DNA of 64,000 bases, taken from NCBI GenBank assembly GCA_036172245.1, contig JAYWIR010000035.1, forward strand, positions 496,001 through 560,000, given 5' to 3'. The DNA is from Raillietiella orientalis. Lineage: Eukaryota. The notes beneath the pieces were generated by a model that was not told where the DNA came from, searched no databases, and was given only the letters and a program-made list of their open reading frames with translations. Made by a program: the position numbers and the translations under genes. This document shows, in pieces, positions 37,151 through 48,949 of the stretch; the stretch's first letter is position 1; the number at the start of each line of letters is the position of its first letter.

Positions 37151-37589
37151 TCGAATGCTGCTTCTCCCTCCCCCCCCTTTCCCCTCCCCCCCCCTCCCTC
37201 TTCTTCTTCTTCTTGGAAATGAATCGCTGAGTTGGGCTTAAACGGAGGCGCATCAAATGATTGAAATCAACGATGGGAATGTTGCCTCATTTTACGGAAA
37301 ATGTATGAAAATTGGCGAAAAGGAGGAGGAGTAGAAGGGGGAGGTAGGGAAGGGAACAAAGAAGAAGAAGAAGAAGAAGGAGAAAAAGAAGGAGAGAAAC
37401 CGCAGTCTCCTTTCGTTCAATAAATCTTTTAAGGACAGTATAGAGAATGGCAACAAAGAAACTGATTGATAGATTTATGGATTCATCACGTGGCGTTTCG
37501 GCGGAATGAGGAAGAGATGGTGCTCGCGTTTGCTATAGCGCGCGCGCACAAAAAAAAAAAAACACACACACACACACAAAAAAAAAAGG

Positions 37590-37739
37590 CAATCAGGATT
37601 TTCAATTTTCTCGAATCGTCGAGTGAGGAAATAATTGCTTTCTTCTGTGCATCTTCGGAAGATAAATCTCAAGCCACCGGAATTCTTTGGTGTTTTAATC
37701 CTCCCGATCTAAGCTGCGTCGCTTGCAGTTCGTTTCTGG

Positions 37740-37770
<31 letters not shown>

Positions 37771-38620
37771 CTGTTTGATTTAACCGTTCGAATGCTTGCC
37801 GAAGAGCAGCAGCTCGCCGTTCGCGTGGTTCGGACCCCAGGGGTTGTGTTCTTGGACCACTGTGGATCTGTGGTTTCCTAGATTTAGGAACGTGAAAGTG
37901 TGCGTGCGTGGCCAATCGGGGTCGTTCGTTACACGGTTGGAATCGTGTCCAAATCGAGGTGCAGCGGACGACGATGATTTCCGGTGCTGTTGAAAGAGTC
38001 CGCGCGGTCGGACCCCTCCGTCGGAAAAGCGCCCTTTGTTTACCGAAGGATTCCTCTACCCAGTGGCGTGTCAGCAGCGACTCGGAAAGCAGGACCATCC
38101 ATCCATTCAATGCTTACGGTCGAATTTTTTCCCGATCGGCGGGTCAAGTTATTTGTGTTCGACGGGGAGGTTCCGACGTCCCCTCAGGTGCTGCTAACGT
38201 CGTAATCACATTTCTTGTTTCTCAAACTTCGCAGGGTACAGAGGGCGCGCATTCCTTCCTCCCGAGCTTCGCTCCTTGGATCCATTTAACCCGAGAGCGC
38301 GGATCGGCTTCAGTGGTTTCCGGGGCGATCCTCTCGGTTCGCTTGGGGGGGGGGGGGGGGGTGCACCTCGAACGCTGGGTCTCTGCGCTCCTTTCAGTCA
38401 AAATTAGCCGCAGACTCGTGATCGCTCCTGTTCGGATCCATGAATCAACCAGATTTCTCCATTCTTTTCGAAGTAGTCGACGTATGTGTTCCGTCCGCTG
38501 AAACGAAAACAAAGATGACATACGGTCAAAGCTGCTTTGTCATCGATCCATCTTGTAATCTTCTGCAGGCGCTTATCTTTTCTTCTTGCTCACCTATCCG
38601 TTGGAACAATGAGAAGATCC
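37590..38620 (+). pseudogene. MATH-BTB-BACK remnant
   Basis: IRIFNFLESSSEEII and WFGPQGLCSWTTV...NVKVCV (MATH), ERVRAVGPLRRKS...SESRTI...IFSR...ANVVITFLVSQ (BTB, ORF 37908), NLLQALIFSSCSP (BACK end). Confidence 0.6.
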
Positions 38621-38639
38621 ACTAGAAACTCTTGGGTAT

Positions 38640-40330
38640 ACAAGAGTTCCGAGAGAAATTATCCATCTGTGCCCGGGGAAAAAGATGGTCCTGAACTCAC
38701 CAGCGTCCTTGGATGAACTTCTTGGTGCCCTCCCTGCGATGGTCCACCTTCTCGCTCCCGCAGCTCTGTCGCAAGTGAGGGATCTCGCTCACGATGATTT
38801 CCCGCAGACTTCGCCGTGGTACCCCCATGCATTCTCGTCCACGGTCGAACGATGATGGTAAAGTCCGCAGCATCGTCCTGTTGCCTCTTGTATCTTTTCG
38901 TCAACCGCGCACATTTCGCTTTGGTCATCTGCTCTTTTGCGCTCTCGGGAATCTTAATAGTTGTTTTCGGTCTGAAGTGCAAGAACCCTGCTCCCAGTTA
39001 ACGCGCTGCCCCATGAGAAGTTCCTCGCGGCACACAAGAGATGAAGACTGAACTTCGAGGCTGCACGTCTTTTGGAATCAGCCCATTCTACCGTGGAGAG
39101 GTCAGACCTCCATCTATTCTTGAGTGAGAATTTTGCCATGGATTAGAGACCCTTCGAGGAGAAACACCCTCCATTTGGCGGTTGTCTTGGACACCGCGGA
39201 GGACTGAAGAAAGAACCCTTCTGCTTCTGAGTTCACCTGACCACATCTCCTCGAGGAGTATCTTCTGAATTCGGGAAGCCGCAGAATGGGAAAGTCATGT
39301 CATTGGTTTGGACTGATACAGTTCCGGAGGACGAGCGACGCGGCCTGAACGGGTGGAACGGACTGTCGTCCCCTTTCGATACCTATTTCTCAGCACCCCT
39401 GCGTGCGTGGTTGCAAGCCTTTCGAGATCTTTAAAGTCCAGAGGGTCGGATCGCAACGTCTTCTCTACGCAGAAACTCCATCCGCTCCCGAATGCGCCGA
39501 GCTACAAAACGGCGAAGGAGGTGAACTCTGACGAGAAGAAGCACGAGGAGTCCCCATTTTGTAAAAGACGCAGGGCTGGGAGGGAACTCGCACACGACTG
39601 GCTCTACAGAATGGCATTTCTCATTCGAGTCTCGGTAGGCACGACAGCGTGTCGGAACACGCATCTTTCCGGATCGAGGGACTGGCTTTGTTTTCGATCG
39701 AGCCACCTCCCTAACTCCTTTGACCAAGATCCGCCTAGAGGGCGCTTCGGAAACGACTTCCCTGATGGCTCTTCAAATGCCTTACAAGCTAATTCACTGC
39801 GTGCTCTTTCCAAGGATTTAATCAGTGAGAATTTTTACGACGTCTAATCATTTTCGGTTCCTCCACGAAGACCCACTTGAACCATACGATCCAATATAAT
39901 GCAGCCCGATTACTAAGACCGAACGGTTGTGACATCACATCGACTTTCCACGCTTAGCAAACCAATTGTGCTTTCGCCGAAAAAGTGGACTGAGGGGAGG
40001 GGCATCCGGAACAAGTTCAACCTCCCTGAATGGCACAGCAGCATAGGTGACGACGATGAAAATCTTTTTTTTTGCTTTCCTTTTTGGCAAATCGATCTTA
40101 GCACTATCTCGTTACTGAGGGCACCACCGGAGCATTATCTCGTTGCCTGAAAAGTCGGTCCGTTGGTCCACTTGTTTCGGTGAGCGCGCTTGCATTTGTC
40201 TTTGGCCTCCCGTGTACTCGATGCGGCTAGGTACCGCCGAGCACTGCCTGGATCCGTCCCGGAGGTTGGTTCCTCTGCTGAAGGATCTCGGATCCGGAGA
40301 GTCAAGCGAGAACTCCATCATTCCGATGAG
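38640..40330 (-). pseudogene. BTB-BACK-MATH remnant
   Basis: MQARSP and LRSICQKG...LLCHSGRL (BTB), SLDPERCVFRHAV (BACK), AEGFFLQS...KWRVFL and ASKFSLHLL...FSWG (MATH). Confidence 0.55.
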
Positions 40331-40339
40331 CTAAGAACA

Positions 40340-40960
40340 AACTCCTCTGAAGGTTCCTGTTCCCTAAAGTCTTTAAGTTTCGTCTCGTGCTCCCTCTTCG
40401 AGCTCCCTCCCCATTCCTACGATAAGAGTGTAGAACAGGTTGCACCTCGTCCTGAGAAAGCGATGCGTGCTCGTGAGCGGATCGCCAGCTGGCTGCTGCT
40501 CCGGAGGGAATGCAACCGGCGCCAAAGCAACCCTGAAGTCAGCGCGTCCGGAACCCGCCATTTCAGAAAGATCTTCAGGAGGGCGCGCGTCTATCAAGAT
40601 CCGGAAGACGCGGGCACGCGACCATCGGCTACTCCAATAGTCTTTCTTCAAAGAAAAGGATCCGCGCGGATTTTGGACGGGAAGACTCCCCTTCCCCCCT
40701 CACCCCTCCCTTCTGTGATGAAGGCGGCAGAAGGAACGGAAGTCCTCGCGAAATCCGCGGCGTCCGCGAGCAAAGCGAAGGGAGAGAGGCGGAGTTGTCC
40801 CCACTGGACCGTAGTGCTCCGGAGGACTTGTGGCCGAGACCCAGTTTCGGCATGCTCCGCCGTCCGATGGACCCTCCCCGCTCCGGACTTGCTGCGGAGC
40901 TTCTTCACAGAAGGCGGGCTGATACTACACTTTGAAGGCGAGCTGATGGCGGGCGCCGTG
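40340..40960 (+). pseudogene. BACK end plus MATH remnant within a 292-codon open frame
   Basis: LKSLSFVSCSLFEL, ARVYQD...PIVFLQ and LPAPDLLRSFFTEGGLILHFEGEL (ORF 40190-41068). Confidence 0.55.
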
Positions 40961-41229
40961 ATTGCAAAGGTCTGTCGCATCGGCGCCATGGTGACAGTCC
41001 ACGTGGTCACGGAGTCTCGTTTGAGGCGAAGAATGGGGAGGTCGCCGGCATGGCAGCCGCGTCGATGAGGACGGCTGAGAGGTGGTACCTCACCTTCCAG
41101 GGGAAGTGGCGAGGGAGATCGCCACCATCCAGTTTCTTTTAGGAAGAAAGGAACTCTCCATGCCAAGGACCCTGTCCCTACCCTCTCGTCTTTTATTTAT
41201 TCATTGTTCCTTCCTTCCCGTTTCCCACT

Positions 41230-42400
41230 TTTATTGAAGCCGGTCTGCGTGATGGTGGTTATCCCCAACGAGCTTCCTTTTTTCTGGCATCTTTCGTATT
41301 TCGGGGACGCTGCTCTCCTTGTTTCGAGTTTATTTATTTGTTTATTTACTTTTTTTAAAAAAGTCGCCCGGGGCGTTCCTTATGGCGCGGGCATAAACCG
41401 CAAGAGGAACTGGGGGGAAGTCACGTGACTGCTTTGGACTGGGATTCCGGACGCGCGTTCCAGGCGCTCGCGAAGGAAATCGACGCGGGGCTCATATTGG
41501 GAAGAGTTCCTGATTCTCCGTCGTCTCCGTCTCGTGAGGGGAGCGAGCAGAGGAGTTCTGTTCGTGCGCGCCTCCATCTTTACGGGCGCATGTGGCGCCC
41601 CTTTCACTCACCCAGACAGGGAATCCGGCTGCATCGATTCATCAGATGAAAATTCAAATGGGAATGCTGATTGAGATTGATTCAGCTGGAAAGCTCCAGG
41701 GAAGGAGGGGTCCATCCGAGACGAGTTCCGGGGAATTCAGCGAAGAAAGGTCTGTGGCGGCTCACTCCGACGGCCGCTTGCCAGGCGACCAGCAGACATG
41801 TTCTGGAGGACAGGCGAGCGGACTCCGGGCACGCCGAGGTCTGGGGTGCCGCTGCTGTCTTGCTGTTTCTGTCCTCCCCCTCCCTCCGGAAAATGATCCG
41901 CCTACTGTCCAACCGTTTCTAAGCGTTCTTCTCGCCGTGACGTTGCCAGGTCTTCGGCAGACACCTCAGGCGAGAGAGACTAATCTCGAAGAGCCTGAAG
42001 GACGTCTCAGGGACAGGGGTGCTCGTCTGATATGGCTGGGGGAGAAGGAGCAGGGAACGGCCCTGATGGCAGCTCAGTTGATCCGGCTCAGTGCGTCGAA
42101 CGCGCCAACTCCTGAGTGGACGGTTTTGAATGTATACAGTACACGGAACGAGAGGGTCGCGTTTTCTATCGCTGTCCGCCCCGCCAGCAGCGATAGCAAT
42201 CAAAGTACTGTACTGAACTTTCCAGAAGGAAGAAGAGCTGTTCACGTCTGACCTCCTCCTTCTCCTCCTGAGGGAAGGGCCTGAGACCTCGGGGAGGGGG
42301 GGTGGAGTGAAAAATGTGGAGAGACTGGTCCTGAAGTAGTGGTGGACGAAGACACGAGACGGTCGTTTAGGGCTTCAGAGGCGCCTCGAGCAGCGTGCGG
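41230..42400 (+). pseudogene. BTB-BACK-MATH remnant
   Basis: VMVVIPNELPFFWH and DSGRAFQALAKEIDAG (BTB), AEVWGAAA (BACK), PEWTVLNVYS...VLNFPEG...VHV (MATH N-half). Confidence 0.65.
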
Positions 42401-42549
42401 GGAAGAAAAAATGAAGGAGGTGGGCGGGATGGCTGCTGCCAGGGAGACGAGGGCAAAGACGGGGATCAACGGGCTGGCGGACCTGGCGACAAGGGAAGGC
42501 CTCCAGGGAGTGAGGAGGACCTGGAGACCAGCACCTTCCTCCTCTCAGA

Positions 42550-43750
42550 GGCGACGAAGCAGCATCTGCCTCCTCGTCGCACGGGCAGCAATAGCACGGA
42601 GGGACCCGTCGCCTTTTCTTTTGGAAGAGGAGGACAAGGTCGGAAGCACGGAACTCACCCGGGACTGCCGTCGGGCAGGAAGGGGCCCTCGTTGTAGTCC
42701 GTCCCTTCGATAGTCAGGGTCCGCCTCCCTTGAGAGGCATTTGGGCACTTGGAACTCCGTGGTCCGAGGTCACAGGCGCAGCCGCTCTTGCAGAGGGCCT
42801 CTTTGCGCATGGCAGGCAGCAGTCCCAAGGCGATTCGTCTTCGAGGCTGCTGGGGGCGCGCTGGCAGCGCACTGGCGGCGAGGGACGCACGGAGGAAGAG
42901 TGGAGGAGGGTGAGCGGAGGAACCTGCTAAGCCGCGTCACGTCCGCGCGGGCGTGGCTTCCTCGGATGGTCCCGTTCCTTCCGACTCATTCGTATCCCGA
43001 TGCAGCGGGATTGGGGAGAGTCATTCGGTATCACTCGGCAGAAGAACTTCCTTCCCTGACCCAATCCTTGGCCGGCTGCGGTGCGCGCCTTCCTGCTGCC
43101 TTTGCTCTGACGCACGAAAAAGTCGCTGTCCAGACAGTTCGGGTGCTGGAACCACCTCTCTGCTGCCGCCGCCTCTGCCGCCATTTCTGTTGCTACTTTC
43201 CAGAAGGGAAGAGGAAACTGAAGGCTGCTGCTGTCTCGAATTCGGGACACTTTCCGTTGATGTCACGGGCAGTGCTTTCCCGTCCCGGTGCTTCCTTTCG
43301 AAAATCCGGGATGAGCATCGCGGGAGCTCTTCGGGGCCCGCGCGTACCCTGTTTCCATTCAGGGAATCATCGTGCTCCTCCTTGCTGCGGCGGATAGCGT
43401 CCTGAGCGGGATCCACCCGTAGCCTACAGCGCTTTCCGGACCCGCTTCCCTGAGGATCTTTTCTTAAAAACTCTGTGCTGCGTCGCCCGACTTCCGGAGT
43501 GGGAGGTTCCGGACTTTCGGGTCGGATGGCTGACCCTCTGGCTGGGCGCATTTTCCTCGCACCCAACCTTGATCGCCCAACGGGATGAGCTTGTCGCGCC
43601 CGGCGGTCCTTCGCAAGGCCTCTGGAAGGTTTTCGGCTTCTCGCGGGCAGCCGGGTCGCCATTAGCCCCATCTCTCGCGTCGCTTCCGCACTTTGATCAG
43701 CGCTCTTTCCACTCGGCATCTGCCGGTCCCTGGAACAAAGTCACCACCGG
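42550..43750 (+). pseudogene. BTB-BACK remnant
   Basis: LLVARAAIARRDP (BTB), AEELPSLTQSL and GHFPLMSRAVL (BACK iRFplMs). Confidence 0.55.
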
Positions 43751-44067
43751 CTGCATCCGTTCTTCTTTTCCTTTTCTTTTTTTTCTTCCCCCCTCTTCCT
43801 TCTTTCCCTTCTCTTAATTACTGTCTTTAAAGGCTTCGCGCGAGGGGCGTTCTAAGACGCGAGCCTGGGTGCGGTGCGCACGTCACAGACACGCACCTTC
43901 GCACCCGTGGTGACGCCTACTTTGGCACGCTGCTGATGAGATGCTACTGACGCGAGGCGCGCTCCTTGCCTCCGAAAAGCTGGGCACCTGCTCGCGGAAA
44001 GACGAGCGCACGGCCAGTCTCCTCCCCCCTCGATGGAGAGCCCATCCTTCTCGGCGGGACTCCTTGT

Positions 44068-46150
44068 CCCTGACGGGAGCTCAGTTGACCCGGCTCAGTG
44101 CGCTGAATGCGCCAACGCCCGAGTGGACAGTTCTGAGAGTGTACAGTGCACAGAACAAGAGGGCCGTGATCTCTATCGCTGCCCTTCCAGCCAGCGGTGA
44201 TGGCAGAGAAGAGGACGTCCTTTTCCGAGGGCTTCCGACCAGACCCGAGTCACCCGATTCTGAAGCAGGGGAGGAGATGCACGCTCCCATAGCCGCCCGT
44301 AGCCATCGAAGCTGCTTGGGAAAAGACGAGATCCTTCCGAGGACCCGTCCCACGGTGCTCAGGTCTTCGAATTTTTTCCTGGATCCAGGGGATACGCTCG
44401 ATCTTCGCGATGCCAAGTCCCTCATCCCCCTACCCCCTTCGGCTGCTCACAAGGGGCAAAGACCACCCTGGCTGGGAGGACTCACAGTCTGGCAGTCCGT
44501 GCTTGGCTGCCGGAGGCGATCTTCCAGGAGACTCTGCTGCCTGGACGCGCTGCAACCGCCGAGATACCCTCCGGTGGCGGACTCGTAACCGGGCGAGACC
44601 AGCCCCCTCCAAGGTTGCGTGGCTCAACCAAAGAGAAGCAAACCTTCCACCTCCTCTCTCTCTTCCTGCGGACCGTCCCTGCGTCACGTTCCGTGGAGCT
44701 GTCTGGAGAGACTCTCTCGTCCCGAACGGGCGTCTTTCGGATCCGAAGAAGGAAAACTCCCTCGCCAGAACGCGCGTTCGACGACGGACGGATCCGGGAA
44801 TCTTCCGATCTGTTCTTCCGGCTTCCAATGCCACCGCTGACGTCCGTCGCTTCGTGCTAAAACCTCCGTGAGGATCCGGTCGCGTGCGCGAGAAACACCA
44901 GTCTCTTCGTTGCCCAAAGCAGCGGCGCGAAGAGAAATCCTCGTGAGGGTCTATGCACAGCGCCTACTCCGTTCGCGCATCCCAGTCCGGTTGCAGTCTT
45001 GGGGGGAGCCGGTGACGGGGATCTGCCAGTCCGTGCGCTGGTGTGCTCTCCTGCTGCCCAAAAGCTCATCTTCGGCGAGATCCTCTTCTGGTGGCGTGAC
45101 GTCTGCTTTCCTGGTGGATGAGATGGGGGGAGGGAAGGACTGCTTCAGAGATCTCATCCCCTATCCGGAGGCAGAGGGCGAGTGCCTGCACACGCGATCT
45201 CCTGCTCCTTCTTCTTCATTTTCCTGACGATGCAAACCCTAGGGGTGAGTTTCTCCTCCCTTCCAGAGCGGGTGTGGGTTTCGTTCCCTGCTTCCGTTAG
45301 GGCACTCGGGCGCAGATCTCCGCTCGTTGCTTCCGTTCGGGAACTTCTGGCTGCTTCCCTCTCAAGGGGGATCCAAAATTCACGCCTCCCGATCCCCTGT
45401 GGCTCAGCTACCCCGATCCTGAGAGCTCCAGCTCTTCTGCGCTTCCTCTCCAAGGGTTCAGCTCTCTGGGGCGAGCTACTGGATACTCCGTTGGAACACC
45501 TGAAGTGGCTCCCGGTGCTCATGGATATCCGCACCCTCCCCTTGAAGTGGCAGGATTTGGCGTTGTTGCTGCTGCACTGGGGTCTGCCGTGCAACACCCG
45601 CTGGCATCACTAGGCGTGGGAGTGTGTGGCTCCCAACTGTGACAGGTGAGGGTAGAGTGAATCCCTCCTTCACCTACTAGTAAACTCCAGTTACTCTGGG
45701 AACGCTTTGCCGCGGCCCTGGGTTCCCAAGGAGGCAACTCCAGGGACGCTTTAAAACCCCACTTTGTTCTTGACGCCCTTCGACCAGCGACTTCCTTCCC
45801 TAGCAGCACTGTGCTGCCTACGCGGGATCGTCTCTGCATGGTTCAACGGTTCATTGGTTCAACAGGAGGGCCCAACGATAGGGATGCCATCCAATTCGCC
45901 GTCCTCTTCATCAGGATGGCAACGCGATGGCCCCACCTGGACAGAACTATATAGCAAGGTCTTGTCGGCATCCTACAGAGGATGCACAGGACCGCCACCA
46001 GCAAATAGTGACTCCTTCCCGCACCCCTCCAATTGTATTTTTTTTCTTTTTGTATGTCCCCTCTCCTCCGCTGCCGTGGTGGACTACGACGGTCTGCGAA
46101 CCGGTGACCCGGCATGCCTCCATCAAATTACGCGTAGTTGGACAGGCGGT
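44068..46150 (+). pseudogene. MATH-(MATH)-BTB-BACK remnant
   Basis: PEWTVLRVYS (sister of 42061-42200), SWGEP...AFLVDE (MATH end), and in ORF 45182 SFPASVRALGRRSPLV...ALLRFLSKG (BTB). Confidence 0.65.
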
Positions 46151-46399
46151 CCAACCACAGTTTTCATGATTTGTTTATTTTTGAAATAAACGCCCTGAGT
46201 GAGAACCAAGGGCTCGGCTTTTTTTTCGATCCGTGACGCTCCGGCTCGCCTTTTCTACGTGGGTGCGTTTCCTACCGAATTATGGAGGGTGGGTGCACTT
46301 CGGAGACCGGAAGCCACTGCTCGAGATCTCATGATCGAAATCCCGGCAGCATGCACGGGTGGAAGGAAAGGTCTGAGTAAAGGGAAAATGTTTAGTTCC

Positions 46400-48300
46400 C
46401 TTCTTCTCCCCTTCCCCGTCCCAAACAGACACCGAGCTCCACGCAGACGAGGTCACCGTTCAGCACCTCGAAGAATTCGCTGGCCACAATCTCCATCGGC
46501 CGCAACGCCACCGTGAAGACAAATTGGTGGCTGTCGATCTCCCTCCGCAGCTTTTGAGTTATGGGCCGCCCTGGAATCTCGAGAGGGGAACCTCTATGGA
46601 CCTCTGTGCTCGAAGGAGACCTGAAGCCCGAAAGTGAGCTGTCGCGAAAGCAAGCGCCCAACAAAATAGAGAGGGGGAGAGACAAGATGCTGGAAGATGC
46701 ACGTTCGACTTCCAAGATGTCCTTCTGTCCCGCTGCCAGCTTTGGCGTTTCCTTTTTCCCGTAGAGGTCGCTTTTCGTGGAGATTCCGACCCGAGGCACC
46801 GCGCCGGTAGTCTTCTTCACGACTTCCCTGCTTCCTGGTGGGCATCGGCACCGCGGCAACACTTCCCCCTCATCTTTCCCCCATTTTTTTCCTGGACGCG
46901 GCTGCCTTCCCCAACGAGAATCTCCCGCGCCTCTTGTGCGCCATCTGGGAATCCATTTTGGATCGCCGCGCAGCCTCATCCTGTACCCGTGTAACTTCTC
47001 TTTTATGTGAGTGCTATGATTTAAGATGCCAGAGCGAGCATTGCGTTTGACACTCCAGACAGATTGATCAATGGATGGAAAAGTCACGTGACCAGAAGCC
47101 GTATGAAGCCAATTTCGATCTTGGTCTTTCACGAGAGCCAGTACCGGGAACGCACTTTAGCAAAAATAGTTCCTTGGGGAGCGTTGCGCAATCCTCGCTG
47201 GAAATTGTGCGTTTCTTCCGGTGTTTGATCGGCAAGAAGTTCCCGAGGATGGAGATTTTATCAATTCCCTTATTTAATATGTGCCAATTGAGTGTTCGAC
47301 GGGAAAACCGTGTGCAGAGGCCGTAAAATTATCTCCAGGGGAAGGCCCGATAGCAGATCACGCTCGTTCCCGCGTAGGGATTCTTTTCTAATAGAAAGTA
47401 ATAGACTTTTTTGGACGGTTCGGTGCGTTCGCCGGTTTGATTAAGTTCCGACTTCTGCACCGGAAAGAGAGAAGAGGGGAGGGGGCGGGGGACCTACCCG
47501 ATCCGGGAGCCCGGAGTTTTGCTATTCCCTCCACCCACGGAAGAAGAGCGCGCGGAAAGATGAGATTCGTCCTAGCTCTGCATGGAGGTAGTGACTGAGA
47601 GCGAAGGGCATCTGGAACGCGCGCAGTGATCGAGAAGCAGGGATTTCTCGGGCCGACCATGGAGGCGCCGGACACACACCACCCGGTCGAAATTGCCACC
47701 TCAAGATGTAAGCCCTCCTTCCGGTTCTCCCAAAAGGGTAGCTCCGTGCACCGACCGACAGATGGGGCTGCGGAGTGCCGGGGTACCGGGCCGAATAAAA
47801 ACGGATTTCGCTTAGAGATTCCGGGAGCACAAGGCGCAGTGGAGGGAGGAGAGGCGTCCCGAACCCAGCCTCCCAGTCTCCTCATCCCTGCCAGTCCCAT
47901 TGGCTGCTCCTTCGTCCGCTCGCATCGGCAGAGAGGCGGTCCCGCCGCCGCGGACTGAAGCGCCATTGAGCGCATCCGTCCCGCTCTAGTCCGATCAAAG
48001 AGCTCCTGCACGGAACATCGGGGGTGGGAAGGATGCGGAAATTCTTCTCTCTCCCTTCTCTCTCCCCCTTTCCACCAACACCGCCTTCTTTGCAGAGGCT
48101 AATGTGGTGGGTCTTTCGAGGAGAAACCTGGAAAGCTGCTTCCACTTCCGGAAACCTAAGACGGACCAAAGGTTTCTTGCGCTCTGGCTATGCGGGAGCG
48201 TTTGCCTTTTTCGTTTCCGTCAAACCTCAAAGTCCCCCTAGCTTCCGGCCTCCGAAAGGTGCCCCCGTTCATGACCTGGAGAACAGGGCAGGAGAGAGGG
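46400..48300 (-). pseudogene. MATH-BTB-BACK remnant
   Basis: AFQVSPRKTHHISL and GLHLEVAI (MATH), ILNKGIDKISILGNFLPIKHRK (BTB start), SILSLPLSILLGACFRDSSL...TEVH...ALRPMEIVASEFFEVL (BACK, ORF 46392). Confidence 0.6.
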
Positions 48301-48949
48301 AAACGCGGGCACTCCGGATTTTCCCCGGAGTTTCCCGGAAACATGGCCGAGTCGCGGAGAATTCCAGGCAGGCGTGAGGAAATGGTCCCAGATGGAAAGA
48401 TCCACGGATGAGGAAGAGGTCCTTTCTTCTCCCCGGGACTAGCCCGCGTCCCTAAGCTCTCCAGGACCCTCCCCGCCTCTGTGGGAGGCTCGTACTGCTC
48501 TCTCGCCTGCTCCTTTGGTGCGATTTCGCTGAGGAGCAGGAAGCAAACCCGAAGGTGGGGAGCGTCCTCCTTGCACAGGACCCTCCTGCTTGGGATAGGT
48601 GCGCTCTTAGACGTGAGATGTGAGGGCAGTGGCACGCGCTGGCACGGGAGGCGACGTTAGAGGGCACCACTTTATGTGCCGCCCCTGCTTCTCGAGCGTC
48701 CGGGCATCGACGACATTTCCGTTCTGTGCACTGAGAGCTCCTTATCCAGACTCTTCGTCACCCCGTTTTTCTCCTCTCTCGGCTTCCCCAAGAACTTCAG
48801 GAAAAGAGGGGTGTTCTCGTCTTGTGCCTGTCCATAGGGAGGAGCACTCCTCCGAGAGCGGCGGCGACGTGGTCCATCCGCCCCTCCTCTTTCGTCTTTC
48901 CCTCCGGGAGAGGTGACCATCCTGAGAGGGGGGGACGAGCCGCAGAATC

